From Tubulanus polymorphus (taxonomy: Eukaryota; Animalia; Nemertea): DNA of 64,000 nucleotides. A program made the position numbers and the translations under genes. Position 1 is the first letter of the stretch. Every line of letters begins with the position of its first letter. Below, piece after piece: positions 12,727-25,200 of the stretch. The stretch covers positions 12,772,001 through 12,836,000 of the forward strand of contig NC_134025.1 of assembly GCF_964204645.1 (NCBI RefSeq), written 5' to 3'. The notes below the pieces were generated by a model. The model searched no databases. It worked only from the letters and a program-made list of their open reading frames with translations, and had not been told where the DNA came from.

Positions 12727-13161
12727 TTAATAATTTATTAATTCTTTTAAAAATTTATCTTGTTCTTCAACTGTTATATGACCATTTAAACTTATTATAT
12801 AATCTAGTGTATTCTTCAATTTATTAATTTCTTTTATATTAGTTTTAATTTTTTCTTTATTACTTTTTATATTTAATTTTGAACTTATACCAGTTAAAAC
12901 ACTTGAACTTAATCCTAATACACCAATTGATATAGCTAAAGGTGTTAATGGACTGAATATTGCTAGAAATGTTATTACAGAACTAATTGTAACCGAACCA
13001 CTGATAATAAGATAATATATAATTTTACTTTTTAAATATTTTTTCTTTTTAACTTTTAAGTCACTTTCAAATTTTAATATTTGTTTTTCTAAATATGTTT
13101 TTAATTTAGTTTTATTTATATCATGAGGAATAATATCAATATTATCAACTTTATCTTCCAT
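12727..13161 (-). CDS. 144-aa protein with two predicted TM helices
   Basis: Hydrophobic IIYYLIISGSVTISSVITFLAIF and LAISIGVLGLSSSVLTGI; near-identical to 37302-37736. Confidence 0.8.
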   Translation of the reverse strand: MEDKVDNIDIIPHDINKTKLKTYLEKQILKFESDLKVKKKKYLKSKIIYYLIISGSVTISSVITFLAIFSPLTPLAISIGVLGLSSSVLTGISSKLNIKSNKEKIKTNIKEINKLKNTLDYIISLNGHITVEEQDKFLKELINY

Positions 13162-13180
13162 TTATTTAGCAAAAAAATTA

Positions 13181-13603
13181 CTAATTAGTAAACTTATACG
13201 CCACAAATATAACAATAACTGTTCCACCTAAAATCCAAATTATTTCATATTTCTTCTGTTCATTACTTGGGGTATAATAATCTGATAATTTAGGTTTGTA
13301 TAGATGTAATTTTTCTTTATTTGTTACTGCGTTATATAAACTCATTGCATCATCAACTGATTGAAAATCTCTATGTGAAATCTTCGGATCATATAATTCT
13401 TTATTGATGTAATCCATATAGTTTTGTCGTTTTTCTCTATATTCTTCCGCTGCTTTATTGTATTTCTCTAATGCTAAGTTATGTCTTTTTTGTTGTGTTA
13501 ATGATCCATTTTTATCAATATGTTTAAATAAATAACCGCCACCAGTAAATGCTAAAGCGTTAACAATTGCCGATCCTATAATAGTTATAATTGCAGAAGC
13601 CAT
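13181..13603 (-). CDS. 140-aa protein with hydrophobic N- and C-termini
   Basis: MASAIITIIGSAIVNALAFTGGGYLF and IIWILGGTVIVIFVAY; homologue at 36860. Confidence 0.8.
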   Translation of the reverse strand: MASAIITIIGSAIVNALAFTGGGYLFKHIDKNGSLTQQKRHNLALEKYNKAAEEYREKRQNYMDYINKELYDPKISHRDFQSVDDAMSLYNAVTNKEKLHLYKPKLSDYYTPSNEQKKYEIIWILGGTVIVIFVAYKFTN

Positions 13604-13627
13604 TTATTTAGCAAAAAAATTATGCAT

Positions 13628-13849
13628 TTATATGGGAGGAATATATTTTTGTTTTTCCAAATAATCAATAGTTAAATTAGATAAAGTAACTGCTAATGTT
13701 AATATTAAAATATCATTTATATCAAATCTATCAACATTAACACTTCCCATTTTAAATACTTTTTTTAATACCATTGAATAACCAACAGTTCCAACTGATA
13801 GTAATGCTCCATTATATAATCCAGTTATTATCCACTTATTATCACTCAT
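13628..13849 (-). CDS. 73-aa hydrophobic protein
   Basis: Two hydrophobic stretches; 3' half repeated at 36715-36835. Confidence 0.7.
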   Translation of the reverse strand: MSDNKWIITGLYNGALLSVGTVGYSMVLKKVFKMGSVNVDRFDINDILILTLAVTLSNLTIDYLEKQKYIPPI

Positions 13850-14206
13850 TTATTTATCAAAAAAATTACTATCATCAAAATATTTAGTTAACTTATTTAT
13901 GATTAAATCAACATTTATTTCATTACTAGTTTCATTTGTATATATTTCAATTATTATTTTTTTAATATCATCGATGATAAAATCTTCATCTAATTCATAA
14001 AATCTTAAAGATTCTCTAATTAAATTAGTAATCTTTTCTACATTTAAAGTTTCTTTATCTATTGTTGTTTCATACTCAAATGTTGTTTCTATAGAAAATG
14101 TAATATTTTTGATATGTGTAATTACATCATTAATGTTAAATTTCATTTCTTTCTCATGTTTAAAATCAAACCCAAAACATATACTCGGTCCAACAGTTAT
14201 ATTCAT
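13850..14206 (-). CDS. 118-aa viral hypothetical protein
   Basis: T-run/TAAATG start; its stop codon abuts the next ATG. Confidence 0.65.
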   Translation of the reverse strand: MNITVGPSICFGFDFKHEKEMKFNINDVITHIKNITFSIETTFEYETTIDKETLNVEKITNLIRESLRFYELDEDFIIDDIKKIIIEIYTNETSNEINVDLIINKLTKYFDDSNFFDK

Positions 14207-14222
14207 TTATATAATGAAAAAA

Positions 14223-14978
14223 TTACTCTTTACATCTTATAACTAATTCATATATCACAGGAAAGTTATTCAAATCAATTAAATAACCATTATGATTTCT
14301 TATTTCTAATTTAAAATCATTGAAATGTGGAATACAAGGTTTGAAATCACATTGAGTTAAATTATAATTTATTTGAGTTCCAAATTGTTTAACATTTTTT
14401 AGCGGTAAAATATTTAGTATACTAGAACTACAAATTGTTTCTTTAGTTGCTTCGAAAGTTTTTGTAGGCTCGATTAAATTGCAATAAATATAAAAGTGTG
14501 TAAAAGGTATTATATTTGAGCTGCCTTCTGCGTTTCCAGTAACTGTAAGAGGTTTAATTCCTAACATTTTAGCCAGTGGTTTGTTTACCATAAATTTATG
14601 TTGTTCATTAGATATCTTTATTCTAATTTTATTAGTACTATCAATTTTATTAAATTTAATTTCAAATACACAAGTGCCCCCGATTTTCAACCGAGCTCTT
14701 CTATTAATTTCCTGCGCAAATGATTCTAAATTATATAATCCTGGTTTTAAAAATATATGAAACCATTTATCTTTATTTCTCATATAAATCATAAACCCTC
14801 TATGTTCAAAAGTTTTATCTGATATATTATAAAAATAATTACATAAACTTATATTAACTAATTTTAAATCTACACAATTCTTGAATTCTCTATCTAATTG
14901 TACTAGTAAATTATGAGATTTATAATTTGTAAGACTTCTAGAATCAACAAATATTCTGTATTCTTTTAATTCCGCCAT
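14223..14978 (-). CDS. Probable minor capsid (penton) protein, single jelly-roll
   Basis: 251 aa; N-terminal IFVDSR, PGLYN, FYIYCNLIE and C-terminal LEIRNHNGYLIDLNNFPVIYEL resemble Polinton/virophage minor capsid patterns. Confidence 0.72.
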   Translation of the reverse strand: MAELKEYRIFVDSRSLTNYKSHNLLVQLDREFKNCVDLKLVNISLCNYFYNISDKTFEHRGFMIYMRNKDKWFHIFLKPGLYNLESFAQEINRRARLKIGGTCVFEIKFNKIDSTNKIRIKISNEQHKFMVNKPLAKMLGIKPLTVTGNAEGSSNIIPFTHFYIYCNLIEPTKTFEATKETICSSSILNILPLKNVKQFGTQINYNLTQCDFKPCIPHFNDFKLEIRNHNGYLIDLNNFPVIYELVIRCKE

Positions 14979-14995
14979 TTATTTTACATATTTTC

Positions 14996-15348
14996 TTATT
15001 CGAAATCTATTTCATGGTGCCCTTTTTCATTCTTACCTTTGTATATGAAATAGAAATCTCCAGAACATAATTCTTCTAAATCTTCACTTGATAATCTATG
15101 AAATCTATCCGGTAAATATGTTCTGAATTTATACGTATTTCCTTTTAATCCTTCATATTCTAAGTGTATAACTAATTTATCTCCATAGTTATTAGTAACT
15201 GTAACAATATCTGTAATTAGATATTTCTTATGGATTGTCAATTCTGTTAATTTTTGAATTTATAATCTACAGATTTTACATTTTTGATATCTTTAATTCT
15301 ATCTAGAAATAATTTGTTGTTCTCACTGTGCGCTTGTTTACTCTCCAT
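14996..15348 (-). pseudogene. Small Polinton-associated protein, frameshifted; homologue of 44896-45222
   Basis: YGDKL...YLPDRF...LSSEDL...IYKGKNEKGHHEI aligns with YGEKV...FLPDKW...LSTEEL...IYHGKNEDGHHDL. Confidence 0.7.
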
Positions 15349-15377
15349 TTTAATAACATATTTTTATTAAAATTTGA

Positions 15378-18300
15378 TTAACACGTTAGAATTCTTTTCA
15401 TTATCTCGTTCTCTTTTGTTTCTTCTCTTTTAAATTTTAAGTATTCATCTAAATTACAACCATAAGCAACTGTATGAATTCCATCATCTAAAATATATCT
15501 TTTATCATCAAATGGGTTTAGACTTATCTTTTCAATTTCTTCAATAAACATTTCATGATCTTCAGATCTTAAACATCTCATCTTATGTTTTCTAACTTCT
15601 TCATTGAATATACAATTGATGTAATCTTTGAAATGAATATTCTTTTCTACTACACTTTTGGTTATTCCTTTTAACTTTTTAGCTTCATGTTCTTTAGTTT
15701 TATATGAATACATTTTAGATCTAATACCTATGAACTCTATCATTTCTTCACCACCTAATTCATCCTTAAACTTCCCTGGAACTTTTTTATTATCATTGCT
15801 AAACAATTCATGATCTTTAGGATAATTACCGAAATCAAAATGATGTTTTAATGTTTTTAAATCATCATGTTATCAGTTTTTATCTTTAATATGTAACTGT
15901 CGGTATCGAAATATAATATTTCTATATGTTTTTCTCCAAAAAGTGGTTGTAATACATTATAATAGAATTCATACATCAGTAATTTTGATAATTCTAAAAC
16001 TGAAGCACCAACATAGATTGGTTTATTAAATTTCATTGATGTTCTTCTCATTTTAACTGCAGCTAAATTTTCATCGAATATTCTGTTACCTATAAATTTA
16101 GGATATGATTGTAAATGCCTTATCCTTTTGCCATTACTTACTAACTCAATATCATTTCTATTTCTAATATTTTCACAAGTCTTACCATAGAATGCATTAT
16201 TCATTAACTTGAAGAAATCTTTCTCGAAATCAGTTTTAGCTTCAGTTCTCTGTTTGGTGTTAAAATCTATATATTTTTCTAACCACTTAGATTGGCTGAA
16301 TGAAATATATCTATGTACTTTTTTTAGAACTATTCCTTGATTCAAATAAAACTTAACATTCTATAATGTACTACATAATTATATTTATCTTCTTGAGTTA
16401 CCATTAACTTTTTTGTATGAATATGATTTTCAGGTTTAATTCTTTTTTGGTAATTTGATAATTCTTCATGAGTTACATTTTTATGTTCGGGACAGTATGC
16501 TAGATTTCTAGATTTAAATTTAATATGTTCAGGATATTCTAAATCTACAACAAAAAAGTAACCAGTATCTGAATCATCTGCAATATCTATAATTCTTTTC
16601 TTCCAATCAAATTTATCATTATTTTCATTCTGTAAAACTTCACTTATTTCAAATACTCCATAAGGTTGTGGTTCCATCATTGCCCAACCATAAAATTATT
16701 TGCATCTATATATAATAACTTATATCCAGGGTTATCATTTACCGGTACTCGAAAAACGCCTAATGAAATACACCGAATCGGAAAACGCATAACGCCTAAT
16801 TCCTAGAAAATGACCTAATTTCGTAATTGCAAAATCTACTGAGACTCACAATCCAACTCATCAACGGAACAGTTTGAAAATACATGTCTTTTACGCTTCA
16901 CGAAACGAGACTACTACTCTTATAAACTTCATTATAGGATGATGATAGAATTTCCGCAGTGCAAGCAATTAATTAAATAACGCCATAGAAGTGTAAACTG
17001 AAACAGTTTACACTTCTATGATAACGCGAAAACAAACGCCGCGGTTATAAACCGGCTTTCTTGAATTTTGAAACCGGAATGCATAAATATGGTACAACCT
17101 ACGCTCGTAGGTACAACGCACACAAAGATTGATAAAATAGCCTTTCTCAAAATTATCCTCCAAAACTGTTCACAACCACGCTAATGTGAACCTACCGAAC
17201 CAATGAGAGACTAAATAATGTCCAGCCCCTGAACTTCCTTGAACAAAAAATTATAAACTATATGTTCGATATTAAAAATATGATGTCTTTTATTATCATA
17301 ATACTCCGTCTTGATATGAAATAATAACACAGATAAGCCTGTGTAACCAAATACAGTAGAAACGAAGATGGAACAGGCGGCGCTCCACGCACTCCGACGT
17401 GAACTATGTAGCGTTGCGTACATAGTTCACGTAGGGATTTAGGTCAATTTCTTGGATGTTACTTGAATTAGGCGTTATGCGTTTTCCGATTCGGTGTTTT
17501 TCATTAGGCGTTTTTCGAATACCGTATCATTTACATCGAAATATCTATCACCTAATACACCTGAAACTCCTCCTCTTATTGATTTTTCAAATAATAGTAA
17601 TTGATCTATATTTTTTAACAAATCCATTTTAATATCTGTAAATTTTAATCCACAATCCCATGTTAATCCTGGTGATGAATAACAATGACAAGGATCAATA
17701 TTAAAATATTTTAGGTTTACATCTCTAAACCTTTCGAATATATTGGTTAATAATAATACATCTGATTTTAAATATAAATCTACTAATTGCCCATGATTTT
17801 CTATTTTGAAGTGATTCCAAATATTCAATGTTCTATTATATACTTCATCTTTAACATATTCATTTTTTAATTCATCATAGAATTGTTCTTACAATAATTC
17901 AGTTATGTTAAAATCATTATGATTCTTATAGAAAGAATATGGAATTGCTCCTTTATATCTCATTAATTTAAAATCATCATTATTTGGGTAATATTCTTTT
18001 AATATCTTTAATTCATCATCAACTAATGATTTTGATAAGTTATCTAATGAACTATTTAAAAATCTATATGAATGTATAAATCTTAAACACCCAAATTGGA
18101 ATGATATATAATTCTCAGATGTTTTAGCTAACATTCTAAATTTATAAGTTGGTATTTTATCTTTTGATCTATTTGAATTTAATCTTTCTATTTCATTATT
18201 AATTTCTTCTATTTTATGGCATAACTGTTTGATGAATAAATGTGCATCATATCCTGATAGATTATGAAATATAACTGGTACAAAATTAATTTTCTTAGCT

Positions 18301-20203
18301 TGTAAGTTACAATTCTCATGTGCGGCGCCTCTAAACTTTCCGTTCAAATGATCATGGTCTCTTACTTTTTTATCTTTATAATTAAATATCTTTTCACAAT
18401 AATAACATTTATCTGCAAACCCAAATGCTTCTTTATCTTCTTCTGTCATTATAATTTCTATATTTGTATTCAATAATTTACTAAATCTTATTTCATATTC
18501 AATTAATAAGTCACAAAAATGATTGATAACATTTTCATTTCTATAATCATAATATTCACTTTCAATTAGTTCTGGATAATCAGATTTTATATATAACCCG
18601 AAAGCAGCAGCTGATTGATGAATCTTTTTAATAGTATTTGTTTTTGGTGGTTCTTCAGAATAATCATTTTCATTAGAATTTAATTTCTTTCTCTTATAAT
18701 ATATTTCTTTTCTATCTTGATCAGTTAGTTCTTTATTTAATGAATCAAAATCTCCATATATTACCAATGGTACTTTATTTTTGTAATCATATTTTTTGAA
18801 TTCTAATATTTTATCCATTTCATTTGGTAAAACTAATTTACAATAATCATGATTTTCACATAATTGTTTATGATTTAATAATGTACTTTCATTACTGAAT
18901 TTATGTAAACATTTTCTACAAAGATATATTTTATGGTGATCATTTTCTGATTTAAAAAATAAATCGATTTGTTTAATCCACATATAATGATTCTCATAAT
19001 ATAGTATATCTATAACATCGTTTGAATCATAATCTTTTGATAGATATAAAGGTTCTAATGTATAATGTTTTATATTGTTACCTTTTGTATTTGGTAATTT
19101 GATTAAATCAAATACATTTATTCTTAAATTATTATCTCTTTCTATTTTTGGGATGTTTTTAATTATAACAGGATACTTATCTATATTATAATTATTTTCA
19201 AATTGTTTATAATTTGTTAATCTATAAGTATGTTTTTATAATCTTCAACTGGGTGTAAACAACTTATTATAGCCCATAGAAAACATTTATCATCTTCATT
19301 TTGTATATTTATAACAGCATTAGTTTTAAATGGTAATTTGATATAACTCGATGCTTCAATATCTGGTTCTTTATAATATGATACATTATTTTCATCTATT
19401 GGTTTCGATTTAGTTAACTTATTATATTTTGTGTTATAAACATGTAAAGTCATAAATATTATTTCATCAAATATTAAACCAGATCCTTCAAAATATTTCT
19501 CTTCTATTTTAGTTTTTACTTCATTATAACATTTATCTAATTTATCATTTATATGTTGTTTATATATAACATGTTGTGAATGAGAATTTATATTATATAT
19601 TGGTTTATCTTCAGATTTTATAAACTTTACTTTAACTGATATACTAATTTTAGGATATTCAACATCAGTTATTATTTTTATTATTTCTTTCATATTTTCT
19701 AAATGTTTTTTATTTTCTTCTAATGTTTTACCTTTATGAAATTTAAACTCGATAGCTGCTGGACCAATATCACTTTTAAATGCTTCGGTTATCTCTATAT
19801 CTTTTTTATTATGTAATGAATTAATATTATTTCTTACATCTTCCATGTATGGTCTTTTATTGTTTAATTTATTTTTTATGCTTTTAATTGTCTTCTGTTT
19901 CTTATCATTATCTTTATCAAAATAATCTTCACCTAAAATATCATTATTCTTATTTCTAATATGACTTTTAGATTTTAAATGTTCATTATAATATCTTTTA
20001 TCACTGAATGATTGATTACATGTATCACATTTGTATGTTTCTTTTTCATTCTTTAATTCATCTAATTTAGATTCTAATATATCATCTTTATATTCTAGTT
20101 TCAATTTATTCTCTAAATGTGTTTTAGTTTTATTGTGTCTTGCTTTTTGGGATTTATCTATATTGATATTACATGTTGGGCAGTAGTACTTATTTGCTTC
20201 CAT
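15378..20203 (-). pseudogene. polB: Protein-primed family B DNA polymerase with N-terminal C2H2 fingers, OTU-like region and EndoVII-like insert; fragmented
   Basis: YGDFDS, FHNLSGYD, LYLKSDV, KLMNNAFYGK, YFDTDS and GKFKDE motifs across six ORF pieces; NEDDKCFLWAI; CYYC...RDHDHLNGKFRG...CN. Confidence 0.95.
16743..17524. mobile_element. Non-autonomous TIR element (Mutator-like MITE) inserted in polB
   Basis: ~60-bp TIR CGGTA(C/T)TCGAAAAACGCCTAATGAAA...; 10-bp TSD TATCATTTAC at 16733-16742 and 17525-17534. Confidence 0.9.
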
Positions 20204-20408
20204 TTTAATACTAAATTTTTTATTAAAATTGATTTTAGAAGTTCAATGATTTATATTTGCATTATTTCAATCACACTTTACTAACACTTTTAATGTTTAA
20301 AAATCTAACTCACACAAATATGAATATTGAAATAATGTTGTAAATATATACTTTTATATTGAATTATCTGTCAATTTAAATGTTATTCATCTATATGATT
20401 ATTTTAAG

Positions 20409-20821
20409 AGTAATAGGGGTAATGGGCTTTCAGGTTAAAGGTTGAATGGTCGAGCTCATTAAAAAACAAAACATTAAAAGTAATTTAAAACTATAATATA
20501 TTTTCATAACCGTGTGTATTTCAGTTGAATAATAGAATTATAATTATTATTAAAATATATTTGATTATATGAATTTGTGTATTGTAAATAAATCAATTGG
20601 TCGCGGAGTGGAGCGGTAGCGAAGTGGAGCGACCAATTGATTTAATACAATATGCTTTTTAAATTTAAATTATTGATATCTTAGAATAAATATTTAGTTA
20701 TAATATAAAATACACACGGTTTTGAAAATATATTATAGTTTTAAATTACTTTTAATGTTTTGTTTTTTTAATGAGCTCGACCCTTCGACCTTTGGCCTTA
20801 AAGCCCATTACCCCTATTACT
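20409..20821. repeat. 413-bp imperfect palindrome at the right terminus of copy A
   Basis: AGTAATAGGGGTAATGGGCTTT...AAAGCCCATTACCCCTATTACT; inner stem AAATCAATTGGTCGC/GCGACCAATTGATTT around a purine-rich loop. Confidence 0.92.
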
Positions 20822-21974
20822 AATCAACGATATGAATTATACGACGGAGCGTCAAATAGTTAACGACGAGCGTTGTCGTTAATCAACGACTGCGCGCCAA
20901 ATTCGAAATGTCGTTGACGCGAACTCGAAGAGTCGAAATTCAGAGGCGACGTCAAGGAGATGAAACGGCCGCGTGTTCGTTCGAAAAAGGAGTTACTGAA
21001 TACAGGCGATTTTCATGGTCAGCAGAAATGACATCTCGAAGTAAGATTACGGAAAAATAGCACAGAAGATATACTATACTATTACTATTACTATTAGTAA
21101 TTACAGCGACGAGAGCGTTAAGATGGCATCGTCAAAGGATTGAATTTAAACAGACGATAAATTGACAATATTTACAAGATTGTAAGTGACGAGTTTATCG
21201 GCAGCCCATGGCCGACGACTACACGGCCCCCGGGTGCGTCGGCACCCGGGACTCACTGAGGGCGGGATGTCAAAAATCACTGCAGCAATCCCGGGGTCAG
21301 ACGACCCGGAGGCCCGTGTCTTAAATAGAAAGTAAAATTGTCTCCTTACATGATCTGTATGATTTACAGCGTCCGATTCCTAAAACGGTGAAGAAGCAGC
21401 AAGAAAGAGTTTCTAATGGGGCTCTGCCAGAGCCAAGTTGCCAATGAGCGCGATTGCGCTAAATTAATAGTTTTCATGCGGTCAACGCATGCGGTGATTG
21501 GTCAAGCGAGACGAGCAGTAATAAAGTAGAGCACGCAAAATCATTCGACCGTGACGAATGATAAAACCCTAAATAAAGACTTCATACGCGAGAAATAGAA
21601 TTAAGTTCTATAATATTTTAAGATTAACGCGAAAAATGACGACTATAAGACCGATACGGAGATATTTACTACAAAATAAACCGGAGTCAACCGCACCACC
21701 GAGAAAACGCTCACACGGAAGTGAGGCGGCGCCAGCGAACGGCGTCGTAAAAACGAGCGTAAACACGAGCAGGGCTGGAGAATTCATAGGTAGGTGGAGA
21801 ATAAAAGAATGGCCTGGACAGGCGCCGAAAAATCGCTAATATCACTGCGATGTGGCGTGGCCAACACCGCGGGGGCCTGCCCAGGTCGTAAAATTGGAAT
21901 CTGACAGAACTGCCAAAAATCTGTCAGATTGAAATTGAGCCGAAAAGATCCCGAAACATCGCCGCAGAACACTC

Positions 21975-22285
21975 AGCCCCGTCCCGGAATACGTACATCT
22001 AAAAAGAAACAATGAGAAAAGAACGGCTTAAGGCCATTCCGAAATACATAATATAATTTCACCAAAAGACCGACATTTTGTGGTCAAACCCACCCCAGAT
22101 ATAGACAATTTTCGCCACATTGGTGAGATGTTTAGTACGGATTGTTGAGAGAGCAGTGCAGTTGAGAAGGAAATGTTTTTCGTCCTCAATTTGATTTGAG
22201 TTGCAGAGCTTACAGGTCCTGTTTTCAATGGGGGTAATTGGGCGGATGTGACGACCAGTCTCTATGTGAAGTGAGTGGTTAGAGA
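21975..22285 (-). mobile_element. 3' fragment of a non-LTR retrotransposon ORF2
   Basis: SNHSLHIETGRH...RTCKLC...EDEKHFLLNC is the Cys/His C-terminal motif of LINE ORF2 proteins. Confidence 0.7.
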
Positions 22286-25200
22286 CTGTCACTGTAGCGT
22301 GTGCAGTGTGACACACTGCCAGCGCACGCTTGCCTTGCGAAGTATACACTGATATGGCTATACGCGCACTGTTGCAACGCAATACGTCTGCAGTGAATAA
22401 ACGATTTACGATTTACAATCTTCAAGTTGGCTGTAGTCCAACTGTTTATAACTCGCAAACTATGCTGCGCATCAACATGGGATTTTCAACACTGTAGAAG
22501 ATCCTTATCATTTTTCTTTCAAAGTTTATTTGATGTAAATCGAATGAGAAGGAGCGACTGCAGTTTAGGTGTCCCTAATGGTTATGTACCTAACCTAACC
22601 ATAACACTATTCTTTAATAACACAAGCGCCACACAGTGGAGAGGTGACCTAAACTGCAGTTAGACCGCAAAATGGACTCTAAGTCTAACGAGTCCATAAA
22701 AAGTCAGACGTTGACATTGTAGAATTTTTAGGGACCAGGCACAACACTAACGTCTGCACGGTCTGGTAGTTTGATGAACCCTCATTGACAATTAATAGCT
22801 AAATTCACAGACCGATATTGGAAACTATCTCAATAACTCGCAATTGTGTATCTAGTATGTGACTAACCTATGTTTCAAAGAAAATATTCCAGGATCGGAT
22901 CGTGTCGTCAGTTCACCCAGCACTGGCAGTGGTTGTCTCCACCAGTGATCTACGATCCTAGTGTAACCAACTCTGTGGTACGCAAAAGGTAGAAAGTTTC
23001 TAATGTCCGATCGACAGTACCGGTAGCGCCGCTACTTAACAATAATAAGAACTAATGTTATTGACGATGTTTTGTTAAGTGGAAAGACGCCGAGTACCAG
23101 TATATATCCGATAGGTACGAATCCCCAATTTCTTCGGGATGATTTGATTTTAAAATAGCGATCGTTTTAATAGATTTGGTGTACCTTATTAAACTTACCC
23201 ACCGTCAACACACCTGCCGGATGTGAAACAGGGGACGTCCTATTCCAATTACGCTAAAGATTTTGTGTGAATTTTATTGTACTGTAACGGCGGTATGAAT
23301 TAAATTCAGCTTAGACTGAGAGTAAAGTATTTTAAGGCAAACTCTAATGGGCTAACTGCACATCGTCGAAAGACTTCTCATCCATCGATACTTGATAAAA
23401 ATGAAATAAAACATCTAGTTCCAATTATCTCATGTAAGCATAACATTTATTTTGAAAATCTCAACCATACATCAAAACATTAAAGCCTTCTATATCAAAT
23501 GCAAACTTTTGCTAACATAAACAATAGACAAATGGCCATATCTCTATCATATTAATTATATCACGAATGCTAAATATTGCGATATTAATTGAAATCGTTC
23601 AACCAACAAATGAATTTAGTTAACATAATATCATCACAAATCATTCATATCCTTGGCAAAGGACTTATAGGCTTTTAGAATATCCAAACAGGAAAACTTT
23701 AGTCTCATTTCTATGCGAGTAGAAATACATTATCATTATAACATCCATATCTTTGCATTATATATAACATCCATATCTGCGCATTATATATATGTTTATA
23801 ATGTCATATCTCTTAATAATAATCAATCCAATAATTAAATTAATAATACTAATTTATTTATAAATGAATAATTGATAACTCTGCTATAATTGAGTTACAC
23901 ATGAGGTAAAAAAATTATGACATAAAAACTCCTGTCAGAGTAATAGAAGTAACTGTCTAATACATGAAATGACACATTTTATACAATGAACTGAGCTCTG
24001 AATCTGATGAAAATATTCAATCTGAGATCTTACGAATGATGTTATTTTAGCCCTCTACTTCTGAAAACTGAATAGCGCGCTGTGAACTTCAACTACAAAA
24101 CAAATTTGTTGAACAGCAGTGTATCGAAAAACTGTACGTACAGTGTACCGCGAACTGAACGCGGCGTCTTCTCACTTAAAAAATTATCGACTTGACAGAT
24201 TAGTTCGATTTTCGACCGCGGCGGCGCTATAGGACATTGGACAAAAGAAACTTTCTACCTTTTGCACATCGCAGACACTAAGGTTCTTGGTGAAGTCGTC
24301 AGCAGTACACGTGTGAAGTTGAAAGCTCATGTGAGGCATGATGATAGGTGAAGTGCGCAGAAGGATCATTAGGTAAAAATACAGATCCACAATACGAAAC
24401 AACGAAATAGGTTTTTTAATTCTGTCGAAATGGAAATAAGATAGTTTGAATATAATAAATATATTCTTGAAAATATCAATAGGCACCAATATGTCATCTG
24501 AACGATAAACATGGAATAATTTTATCCACATTGTGTACCGTCGTTTCGCTTCAATAGTTTTATATTTTATGCTCCCTAAGCTTAGTAAGGACACAGAATG
24601 ACTGTCAAATGCTTCAATCGACTGACAATCTCAATGAAATGCCAGCAAAATTACTGCACCCTAATCTATGGGGTTGAACATTAAAAATTAACCTTCCCCT
24701 TTAGTACAAACTCAATCTTGAAAAACTAAACCGCAGCCTGATTACCGACCATAATTATCGGACAGTGAGACCGACAGATGGTCCTCACACTCACTCAGTG
24801 GCCTCCTCACCTCCTCGTCCACTCCCAGTGTTCGACTAGTCATATTAATTTTTATGGTTTATAGGTTCCACTACACTACAGTACATATAGCAGTAATATG
24901 CTTAATAGACTTGGCCTACATACAAATTATCCGTGGTAAATGAAACAAGTAAGCCTACAGGGTTAAAACAAACATATTTCACAGAAAAACGAGCGATGTA
25001 ATTACTCACCAGAATAAGCGTGGATCGGAGAGTCCAGACGATCGCGCTGGTAACGGTCGAAGAACATAGTAACAATACTACATGTAGTATAACAATACAT
25101 GTGTTCTTCCGAGAAGATGTTCCCACAAAACAACTAAATCAACAAAGAAGCAACGTTTTCTAACGAAATTCAATAGGGTTAGAGATTTTATTATTGCACT

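Larger units (their letters stand above)
5472..20821. mobile_element. Polinton/Maverick-like endogenous virus, copy A (left end deleted, decayed)
   Basis: Integrase, packaging ATPase, capsid candidates and pPolB in a compact AT-rich intronless block. The right end finishes ...CCCCTATTACT (AGT...ACT-type terminus). The left edge joins a host repeat in mid-ORF. Confidence 0.92.

Noticed and set aside
5472-20821. Bacteriophage or bacterial operon, suggested by dense intronless genes
   Set aside because: No consistent Shine-Dalgarno motifs; chromodomain integrase, 6-bp TSD and surrounding eukaryotic transposons indicate a Polinton-like element.
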